Below, piece by piece: positions 1 to 7,189 of a DNA stretch of 12,571 bases. The stretch is from Bdellovibrionia bacterium (GTDB lineage Bacteria > Bdellovibrionota > UBA1018), in the NCBI GenBank assembly GCA_049424145.1, contig JBMSSC010000083.1, positions 1 through 12,571 of the forward strand, written 5' to 3'. Position 1 is the stretch's first letter. Every line of letters begins with the position of its first letter. The notes under the pieces were generated by a model. That model was not told the origin of the DNA. It saw nothing but the letters and a program-made list of their open reading frames with translations, and searched no databases. The position numbers and the translations under genes were made by a program.

Positions 1-177
1 GTTGTTTTGGGAGACTCTCCCGTAATTTTTTAAAACTGGACCTTCCGCGAAGTGCGATGATCCAGGGTTTAAAAAATAAAGCTTGTCCCGGGATGTTTTT
101 GGCTCACCTCAGGAAGTCTTGTTTTTTCTGGGTGCACAGCTGATCAGTTTGCAACAGAGAGTGATTCTTAAACGGCT

Positions 178-1305
178 TTAGAATTGCGCGGTTTGACCCG
201 CGAATTCTGGAGAATAGAGATCCGTTGAGATCGAACTTCGAACCTCAGGAACCCTTACGCCTTGAGACTGATAACAGTGAATGGCGTTTTCACTGAGGAC
301 TTTCAAAACTACTCCATTGAAAGTCGCTAAAATATTCCATAATGACTTTTCATCAGATAGCCTGTCGTATAAGGTTTCGATCCTTTCAAAAAAACTTCCT
401 GCATTTTTTAAGGATTCAAAAGTCAGTCCGTGATACGACCACCCGTGCACCGGGTTTGACATTGAGGTCTGTAAAATGATGGAATCTGGACGCATATTCT
501 CCTCGAAGCTTTGGATGAGCTCGGTTACTCCCTGGGTACCCAGATAGGCCCCATCCCAAACATTACTCAAATCCAGGACGCCAATGGATTCATTGGATCG
601 GGCTAAGGATTTTGAGAGTGAGTCAACACTGGGTAAATCGCCTAAGTCTAAAACGTGGGATTCGATGTGATCCTGAGTTGCAAGATCTTTGAGTCTTTGA
701 AAGAGTGTGTTGTCGATTAAGTAACTTGCGTTCTCAAACGGAATCATTCCTTCGCCACACTCCGTGTAAGGGGATTTGAGGGCCTGAAAGATCTCGTGTT
801 GATTGACGAGGGTTGACCACCAATTCCAATTTTCCGGATCCTGAAGAACAGGCTTCGCTGAATCGTTTTCCGCCAAAGCGGCACTTCTTCTCATCCACTC
901 ACTGGCAGAGGCCTCGTTTCGAAGAAAAATGTAGTCCTGACGATCGTGAGCGAGCTTTAGCAATCCCGTATTGATTCGGTTAAAGCGAATCACGTCTCGG
1001 CCGAGATCAACCAGGATGAGGCGACTTGCATTTGAAAGAGCTGCGCCGATAAACCCGCGCTCAGTTCCGACTGAAATATAGACCCCGGGTTGGCTCTTGG
1101 AAAAGATTGCCGTTGCATCCCCGATAAAGACTTCGTTGGGTCTAACATGACCGGTATTTTCATCTGAGGAAGGCTCAAGCGGTTGCTCGATCATGAGGGG
1201 TTGTGCGAAACAGAACGAAGTGCCTCCTTCCATGAGGATCAGGGTTCCGGTGATGAAAAAGATGAAGCTTAGATGCTTCACGGACTTAAATTTTAAACTT
1301 ATCAT
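178..1305 (-). CDS. Hypothetical exported protein, possibly with a Rossmann/SAM-methyltransferase-like fold
   Basis: 375-aa ORF. Basic then hydrophobic N-terminus ending CFA-Q (signal-peptide-like). Segments GVYISVGTERG, LILVD, VLDLGD and VLDLSN are spaced like class I methyltransferase strands. Function not assignable. Confidence 0.75.
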   Translation of the reverse strand: MISLKFKSVKHLSFIFFITGTLILMEGGTSFCFAQPLMIEQPLEPSSDENTGHVRPNEVFIGDATAIFSKSQPGVYISVGTERGFIGAALSNASRLILVDLGRDVIRFNRINTGLLKLAHDRQDYIFLRNEASASEWMRRSAALAENDSAKPVLQDPENWNWWSTLVNQHEIFQALKSPYTECGEGMIPFENASYLIDNTLFQRLKDLATQDHIESHVLDLGDLPSVDSLSKSLARSNESIGVLDLSNVWDGAYLGTQGVTELIQSFEENMRPDSIILQTSMSNPVHGWSYHGLTFESLKNAGSFFERIETLYDRLSDEKSLWNILATFNGVVLKVLSENAIHCYQSQGVRVPEVRSSISTDLYSPEFAGQTAQF

Positions 1306-1306
1306 T

Positions 1307-1330
1307 AGAAAGTGCCCCAGAAAGTGCCCC
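1307..1330. repeat. Perfect 12-bp tandem duplication (AGAAAGTGCCCC x2)
   Basis: 1307-1318 and 1319-1330 are identical and lie directly upstream of the minus-strand ATG at 1305. Confidence 0.9.
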
Positions 1331-1351
1331 TTTTTTTGAGTTCTTAGAAAC

Positions 1352-1378
1352 TTTAATAAATTAAAAAAATTTATTAAA
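1352..1378. promoter_or_regulatory. AT-rich perfect inverted repeat, candidate operator
   Basis: TTTAATAAATT-N5-AATTTATTAAA in the divergent intergenic region between the 178..1305 ORF and the SDR. Confidence 0.4.
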
Positions 1379-1721
1379 AAAATAATTTATCTGGAGGTAT
1401 CATCTTTTCAAGGGAGAAGCAATCCAAAAGAGCCTGGGTCTGGCGTTTGTCCAGATCGTCAGGCGGGTCTCGAGCGTTTTTTAATGAATTTTGAGGAGCG
1501 TGATTCTGCGGATGTGAATGATCAGTGGGACCTGGACTTCCTCACCGTCGCACTCTTTTCAATCCGCCTCAACGGAGTTACAAATATCTTGAACCCATGA
1601 AGCTCAGAATCTCTTGGGTCAAAAGGTTTTTTTCGGCATCCTGCGACAAATACCACATGCACCTGGACAGAAAAGGAAAGTAAACTCTGACCTACCTTAA
1701 CTTTTTGCACGAGGAGTGATT

Positions 1722-2708
1722 ATGATTTTTCAGCGTCTGATTCAACCCTTACTGGATTCTCAGCCCATGGAGTGCCTTCTGGATCGGAGTATCTATTACT
1801 CCTTTGATCGCTCAGGGTTTAAACGCCATCAGCGGCGCTTTAACCCTGAGGATTTGAACGTCGATCTCAGGTCTCAGGTGTGTTTGATCACCGGAGGGAC
1901 TTCAGGTCTGGGGTTTGCTGCTGCGCAGCAGCTTTTGCGCCTCGGGGCAAAAGTTACCATCACGGGTAGAAACCTGGAAAAGGGGCAAAAGGCTCTGGAG
2001 CTTTTAAAAAAAGAGGGACACCCGCAGTCCGTCTTTTTTGAGCCCGTGGACCATTCGGATTTATCCTCGATTCGAGCCTTTGTGGATCGTTGGAGCGAGC
2101 AACGGGTGGATGTCCTCATTCATAACGCTGGGCTGATTGCTCCCGCTTTGGAGAAAACCCCCCAGGGGCTTGAGGTGACTTTAGCCACTCACGTGGTGGG
2201 GGCTCATCTGTTGACGGAGCTTCTTTTGCCCAGGCTCAAAAAGTCCCCTTCAGCCCGTGTGATTTGGGTCTCCTCAGGTGGGATGTACTTGCAGCGACTC
2301 AATTTGGAGCAACTGAATGGGGAGCGCGAGCCCTTTGATGGGGTGAAAGCCTATGCCAACACCAAGCGTGCTCAAGTGATCTTAAATGAGCTTTGGGCTG
2401 AACGCCTGAAGGACTCCTCCGTCTCCTTGTTTTGCATGCATCCGGGCTGGGCTGCGACCCCTGGGGTGGAGAAGTCGTTACCGGGATTTTGGAAGTGGAT
2501 GCAGGGGCGTCTGAGAACCCCTGAGGAAGGAGCCGATACGATCGTTTGGCTGGCTGCCTGTCCTGGGATTCAAGACCATCGGGGCAAGTTCTGGCTGGAT
2601 CGCAAGGAGGTTCCTCCTTATTTGTTCTCCTGGACGGTGGAGTCTCCCCAGGATCGAGCGAAGCTGTGGGAGCGCTGTCAGAACTGGATTTCACCGTTTT
2701 TAAGCTAA
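1722..2708 (+). CDS. Short-chain dehydrogenase/reductase, DHRS12/retinol-dehydrogenase-like
   Basis: TGGTSGLG cofactor motif, HNAG, VSSGG, catalytic YANTK (YxxxK), MHPGWAATPG. ATG 1722 preferred over GTG 1716 because GAGGAG (1711-1716) lies 5 nt upstream of it. Confidence 0.92.
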   Translation: MIFQRLIQPLLDSQPMECLLDRSIYYSFDRSGFKRHQRRFNPEDLNVDLRSQVCLITGGTSGLGFAAAQQLLRLGAKVTITGRNLEKGQKALELLKKEGHPQSVFFEPVDHSDLSSIRAFVDRWSEQRVDVLIHNAGLIAPALEKTPQGLEVTLATHVVGAHLLTELLLPRLKKSPSARVIWVSSGGMYLQRLNLEQLNGEREPFDGVKAYANTKRAQVILNELWAERLKDSSVSLFCMHPGWAATPGVEKSLPGFWKWMQGRLRTPEEGADTIVWLAACPGIQDHRGKFWLDRKEVPPYLFSWTVESPQDRAKLWERCQNWISPFLS

Positions 2709-2712
2709 ACAA

Positions 2713-2741
2713 TTGGCTCGCCTTTCGGTTGTGTGTATAAG
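2713..2741 (+). promoter_or_regulatory. Candidate sigma70 promoter for feoAB (possibly leaderless)
   Basis: TTGGCT (2713-2718)-17 nt-TATAAG (2736-2741), with TG-rich bases just upstream of the -10. ATG at 2748 falls at the expected start site. Confidence 0.45.
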
Positions 2742-2747
2742 AGGCGT

Positions 2748-3026
2748 ATGAGTCAATCCAATCCCACTTCCCGTCCCTTAGGGGAGATGAAAAAAGGCAC
2801 CCAAGCCTTCATTCGAAGAGTTGGGGGCCCGTCTACGCCCCATGAGCGGGTGAACCGGCTTTTAGAGATGGGCTTTGTGGAGGGCTCTTGGGTAGAGGTG
2901 CTTCACGAGGCGCCCTTTGGGGGGGACCCCATTGTGGTTCGAGTTCGGGGGGCTTTAGTGGCTTTAAGACGAGCAGAGGCCAGCATGATCTGGGTGGAGT
3001 GGTCTGAGGAGAGCAGCAGTGGTTGA
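2748..3026 (+). CDS. feoA: Ferrous iron transport protein A
   Basis: RLLEMGFVEG...APFGGDPIVVRVRGALVALRRAEA is the FeoA SH3-like signature. Lies directly upstream of feoB. ATG 2748 chosen over GTG 2733. Confidence 0.93.
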   Translation: MSQSNPTSRPLGEMKKGTQAFIRRVGGPSTPHERVNRLLEMGFVEGSWVEVLHEAPFGGDPIVVRVRGALVALRRAEASMIWVEWSEESSSG

Positions 3027-4923
3027 TGGGTCAAGTGGTGTGCCAACGGTGGCTTTAGTGGGTCACCCCAATTGCGGAAAAACAGCCCTTTTTAATGCCC
3101 TCACCGGCGGCAATGCTAAGGTTGGCAACTACCCAGGCGTCACCGTGGAGCGGAAGGAAGGGGAGATGAACCTCCCGGACGGCAGAAGGGTTCAACTCTT
3201 GGATCTGCCGGGGACCTATAGCCTGGATGCCTTGAGTATGGATGAGCAAATCACCTGTGATGTGCTCTTGGGGAACCACCCGACTGAGAAAATCCCCTCG
3301 CTTTTGATTGCCGTGGTGGATGCAACGAACTTGGAGCGGGGCTTAGGCCTGATTTTAGAAGTCAAGGAGCTTGGGATTCCCTTGGTTCTGGCTCTCAATA
3401 TGGTGGATTTAGCCCAAGGGCGGGGCCAGAGTTTGGACCTCAAGGTTTTAGCTCAGGAATTAGGGATGCCTGTGGTGTCCACGGTGGCCGTCCGAAAGCA
3501 AGGGATCATCGAGTTGATTCATCGTGTTCAAGTGCAGCTCCCTGAAGACAGGGAGGCTCGTTCTTTGCCTTCAAGTCCACTTGAGCAAAAGACCCGGGAT
3601 CGCTCTCAGTCCTCCGATCAGATTCGTCAGCGTTTTGCTCAGGTGGATCGCATTTTAAAAAAAGCCGTGCTTCAATCCCCGGGTCCCTCCCTTTGGACCG
3701 ATCGTCTGGATCGCATCGTGCTTCACCCCGTTTGGGGTACTCTGCTTTTAGGGCTTCTTTTGGCCCTCATGTTTCAAGCCCTTTTTGCTTGGGCTGCAGC
3801 GCCCATGGATGCGATTCGCAGTGCCATGATCTGGGTGGGAGAGCAAGTGACGGGAGCCTTAGGACCTGGTCCCCTGCAAAGCCTTCTTGTGGATGGAGTG
3901 ATCGTGGGGGTGGGGTCGGTTTTAGTGTTTTTACCCCAGATTCTCATTCTTTTTGCGCTCATTGCGATTTTAGAGGACTCAGGCTACCTCTCGCGAGCGG
4001 CGTTTTTAATGGATCGTCTGATGAATCGAGTGGGCTTGCATGGGCGGGCTTTCTTACCCCTGCTCTCTTCTATGGCGTGTGCGATTCCCGGGATTTTATC
4101 CACGCGGACCATTGAGAACCGAAGAGACCGACTCACGACTATTTTAGTGGCGCCGTTGATGACTTGCTCGGCTCGGCTGCCTGTCTACTCCTTGCTCATT
4201 GGAGCGTTCATTCCGGATCACTCCGTTTATGGACCCATTCGCCTGAGGGGGCTGGTTCTATTTGGCCTTTACTGTGCAGGCGTTGTGGCTGCGCTTGCGA
4301 TGGCTTGGGTGTTTAAACGGTTCTTATTTCCCGGGGCAACTCCACCGCTTCTGCTTGAGCTTCCGACCTATAAGGTGCCTCAGTTGCAAACGATCCTTCG
4401 GTCTCTTTTGGAGCGAGCCCGGCTTTTTGTTCAAAAAGCCGGTTCTGTCATCTTAGTGCTGTCGATTCTGCTGTGGTTTTTGGTGTCCTATCCCAAGCCT
4501 CCTTTGAATGCCACGGAGCCTGCGATTGTGTACAGTTATGCGGGGACCTTTGGACGAGCCATTGAACCCTTGCTTCGACCCATTGGCTTGAACTGGAAGA
4601 TTGCCGTGGCGCTAGTGCCCGGGTTTGCAGCCCGAGAGGTGATGATTGGCTCTTTGGCCACAGTTTATGCGGTGGAGGGAAACGAAGATCTCGCTCAAGT
4701 GCTCGGCGGGAAATTGGCTCAGGATTGGAGCTTGGCCACAGCCTTAAGCCTTCTGGTGTGGTATGTGCTTGCGTGTCAGTGTCTTTCGACCTTGGCGGTC
4801 ACGCGAAGAGAGACGCAGTCCTGGCGCTGGCCCGTGGTGATGTTTAGCTACATGACCGTTCTGGCTTACTTGGCGTCGTTTGGGGTTTACCAGCTGGCTT
4901 GCTTTTTGGGTTACGGACCATGA
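3019..4923 (+). CDS. feoB: Ferrous iron transport protein B
   Basis: G1 GHPNCGKT, NYPGVTVE, G3 DLPGTYSL, G4 NMVD. Membrane domain with LEDSGYLSRAAF, CAIPG, TCSARLPVY and FAAREV. GTG start overlaps the feoA stop. Confidence 0.97.
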   Translation: MVDGSSGVPTVALVGHPNCGKTALFNALTGGNAKVGNYPGVTVERKEGEMNLPDGRRVQLLDLPGTYSLDALSMDEQITCDVLLGNHPTEKIPSLLIAVVDATNLERGLGLILEVKELGIPLVLALNMVDLAQGRGQSLDLKVLAQELGMPVVSTVAVRKQGIIELIHRVQVQLPEDREARSLPSSPLEQKTRDRSQSSDQIRQRFAQVDRILKKAVLQSPGPSLWTDRLDRIVLHPVWGTLLLGLLLALMFQALFAWAAAPMDAIRSAMIWVGEQVTGALGPGPLQSLLVDGVIVGVGSVLVFLPQILILFALIAILEDSGYLSRAAFLMDRLMNRVGLHGRAFLPLLSSMACAIPGILSTRTIENRRDRLTTILVAPLMTCSARLPVYSLLIGAFIPDHSVYGPIRLRGLVLFGLYCAGVVAALAMAWVFKRFLFPGATPPLLLELPTYKVPQLQTILRSLLERARLFVQKAGSVILVLSILLWFLVSYPKPPLNATEPAIVYSYAGTFGRAIEPLLRPIGLNWKIAVALVPGFAAREVMIGSLATVYAVEGNEDLAQVLGGKLAQDWSLATALSLLVWYVLACQCLSTLAVTRRETQSWRWPVVMFSYMTVLAYLASFGVYQLACFLGYGP

Positions 4924-5120
4924 GTGGACTTCAAGAGGCCGTAGCTCTATCCATTGTTACTCTTGCTGCGCTGCTTCTTTTTTTTAAACTTCTGGGGAAG
5001 AAGCTCGGGGATTGGTTGTCTCAATTTTTATTGAAGCAAGGAGCTGTGAAGCTTGCGTTTCAAGTGAGAAAGCTCTCGGGTCTCCATAAGAAGCCGCAGT
5101 CCGGGTGCAAGAACTGCTAG
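4920..5120 (+). CDS. Small membrane protein with C-terminal CxxC, FeoB-associated Cys-rich membrane protein-like
   Basis: ATG 4920 overlaps the feoB stop (ATGA). 66 aa with an N-terminal TM helix (AVALSIVTLAALLLFFKLL), a basic tail, and ends SGCKNC. Confidence 0.75.
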   Translation: MSGLQEAVALSIVTLAALLLFFKLLGKKLGDWLSQFLLKQGAVKLAFQVRKLSGLHKKPQSGCKNC

Positions 5121-5294
5121 CCTTTCGCTCTTGAGTGTTGGGGCAAAATTGAGGTAGCCTAAAGCATAGGTAGCTCGAATTTTAAACGAGATGATTAATC
5201 CATTCTTTTGGTTTGAAAATTTTAGGATTTTACAACCTCTTTTTTCTCTGGCAGTGTCGGGAAAAAATGAGAATTAGCAAAATTTGGGGTCCTT

Positions 5295-6446
5295 ATGGCT
5301 TATCCGATTGTCACAAAAAATAACGTTCGAGATCGCTTTCAACCCGCTCCTCGTCCGGCTCTCTGGAGTCAGACCGAAGAGAAAGATTGGAACAATTGGG
5401 CCTGGCAACAGCAAAAGCGAATCAAATCCATGGAGGTCTTAGAGAAGGTCATTGAAGTGACCGCTGAGGAGCGCGAAGCGTTTGCTCAGTCTCATGAGCT
5501 CTTCAACATGGGGATCACGCCCTACTATGCTTCCTTGATTGATCCTAAAAATCCCAACTGTCCCATTCGCCTTCAGTCCGTCCCGAAAAAAGGTGAGCTT
5601 ACGGTTTTAGACATGGAGCTTGAGGATCCTCTGGCCGAAGAGCGTTACATGCCCGTTCCTGGCATCACGCATCGATACCCAGATCGAGTTCTCTTTTATA
5701 CGACCCATAACTGCCCGGTTTACTGTCGTCACTGCACGCGCAAAAGAAAAGTCTCTGATCCCTCCTCGTCGGCGGCCAATCAGCAGCTCGAAGACGGGTT
5801 GGCCTACATTGCCGCTCATCCTGAGATTCGAGATGTGGTGATCTCAGGCGGGGATCCACTCTCGAACTCCGATGATCGATTGGAGTACATTCTCTCGCGG
5901 CTCAGAGCCATGGATCACATTCAAGTGTTTCGTCTGGGCACTCGAAACCTGGTGACCCTGCCTCAGCGAGTGACTCAAAATTTTGCAAACATGTTAAAGA
6001 AATACCATCCCGTGTTCATTCACACGCACTTTAATCATCCGAAGGAGTGCACGCAGGAGGCCTTTGATGCCTGTGCGCGTCTAGCGGATGCGGGTTGCTT
6101 GATTCAGAATCAGATGGTGCTTTTAAAGGGAATCAATGATCAGCCCGAGATTGTCAAAGAACTCAATCACAAGCTTCTGATGATGCGTGTGAGGCCTTAC
6201 TATATTTTTCAATGCGATATGTCTCAGGGAATTAGTCACTTCCGCACTCCAGTGGAAGTGGGCTTGAACATCATTGAGAATCTCCGCGGCTGGACCAGCG
6301 GAATGGCTGTTCCTCACTTCGTCATCGATGCTCCGGGCGGTGGGGGAAAAATTCCGCTGCTCCCAGAGTACGTGATTAAGCGGGAGGGTAAAAAGTGGAC
6401 TCTTCGAAATTATCAAAAGCAGCAATTTGAATACATTGAGCCTTAG
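5295..6446 (+). CDS. kamA: KamA-family radical SAM/PLP enzyme, lysine 2,3-aminomutase-like
   Basis: HRYPDRVL, CPVYCRHCTR (CxxxCxxC), SGGDPL, THFNHPKE, PYYIFQCD, and IDAPGGGGKIP containing the PLP lysine. Confidence 0.9.
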   Translation: MAYPIVTKNNVRDRFQPAPRPALWSQTEEKDWNNWAWQQQKRIKSMEVLEKVIEVTAEEREAFAQSHELFNMGITPYYASLIDPKNPNCPIRLQSVPKKGELTVLDMELEDPLAEERYMPVPGITHRYPDRVLFYTTHNCPVYCRHCTRKRKVSDPSSSAANQQLEDGLAYIAAHPEIRDVVISGGDPLSNSDDRLEYILSRLRAMDHIQVFRLGTRNLVTLPQRVTQNFANMLKKYHPVFIHTHFNHPKECTQEAFDACARLADAGCLIQNQMVLLKGINDQPEIVKELNHKLLMMRVRPYYIFQCDMSQGISHFRTPVEVGLNIIENLRGWTSGMAVPHFVIDAPGGGGKIPLLPEYVIKREGKKWTLRNYQKQQFEYIEP

Positions 6447-6451
6447 AGCCT

Positions 6452-6490
6452 GAACCAGGCCGTAGGCTTGCGGTTCTTTTTTCTTTTTTT
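6452..6490 (+). terminator. Intrinsic terminator of kamA
   Basis: GAACC-AGGCC-gta-GGCTT-gc-GGTTC hairpin starting a few nt after the stop codon, followed by a long T-rich tract. Confidence 0.7.
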
Positions 6491-6517
6491 TCTCTTTTTC
6501 GATTTTTTTCATTCAGG

Positions 6518-6546
6518 CCAGGCAAAGCGCATGTCGTTTTGCCTGG
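6518..6546. terminator. Second hairpin between convergent genes
   Basis: CCAGGCAAAGCG-catgt-CGTTTTGCCTGG. May terminate or stabilise the minus-strand transcript, but has no clear U-tract on that strand. Confidence 0.4.
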
Positions 6547-6577
6547 GTCATTGGGCAGATTTTTCAATGAGCAGAGT

Positions 6578-7186
6578 TTATTGATTAATTAGGAAATTGA
6601 GGATCACTTTTCCGATTTCAAGGAAAGTCCGAACGATTTTTAAGTAGGGTGGCCCAAAAAGGTAGTAGGGGGCTAAGACGCTTGTGGATAGAATGATTCC
6701 AAGGTTAACGAGTCCTCGAATGATGAGGCGAGGAATGGCCCACTGAATTTGAGCGGAGAGCCAGACTTTGATTAAAAATCCCAGTAAAACAGTGATCAGT
6801 TCATAGACCCAGAGGTTTTTAGCCTCAGGATGGTTTTGAATCACAAATAAACTCTCAAAGGTATCTGGCCGCATGAGGATGGGGTAAATTTTTTGTGCGA
6901 GCGGGGACTGGGTGATGGATTGGAGTTTCTGCAGAGCTGAGCTTGCTTGAGACGTTTCAGAGAGCTTTTCGGCTAGACTTTCAGCCGAGGCGGGGTCTCG
7001 GCTCTTGGGCATCATCCAGGCTTTGAGCTGGTTTTCATAGGCCATCTTTTCAAAGAAGAGCTTTTTCTCAAGCGCGCGGGATTCTTTCCTTTCTTGGCCC
7101 CCGGGTAATTGGGCCCAAGAACTCAACGGAACCATGAGGGCTCCTAGAAGAATGGCATTTCTAGCACTGCGTCGCAGGTGAATCAT
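6578..7186 (-). CDS. Hypothetical membrane protein (signal peptide plus two C-terminal TM helices)
   Basis: 202 aa. RRSARNAILLGALMVPLSSWA-Q is signal-like. Hydrophobic segments LWVYELITVLLGFLIKVWL and LIIRGLVNLGIILSTSVLAPYYLF. Starts 3 nt after the upstream stop. Confidence 0.75.
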   Translation of the reverse strand: MIHLRRSARNAILLGALMVPLSSWAQLPGGQERKESRALEKKLFFEKMAYENQLKAWMMPKSRDPASAESLAEKLSETSQASSALQKLQSITQSPLAQKIYPILMRPDTFESLFVIQNHPEAKNLWVYELITVLLGFLIKVWLSAQIQWAIPRLIIRGLVNLGIILSTSVLAPYYLFGPPYLKIVRTFLEIGKVILNFLINQ

Positions 7187-7189
7187 AGC

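Noticed and set aside
8..20. Small hairpin GGGAG-ACT-CTCCC at the window start
   Set aside because: Short, context truncated, and no function can be supported.
1510..1710. Short ORFs upstream of the SDR (1522..1710 minus; 24-28 codon plus-strand ORFs)
   Set aside because: No convincing RBS, motif or family resemblance.
5262..5285. AATGAGAATTAGCAA as a Fur box upstream of kamA
   Set aside because: Only a half-site resemblance with no dyad symmetry.
1874..6567. Alternative-frame and antisense ORFs inside SDR, feoB and kamA
   Set aside because: Shadow ORFs of well-supported genes with no independent evidence.
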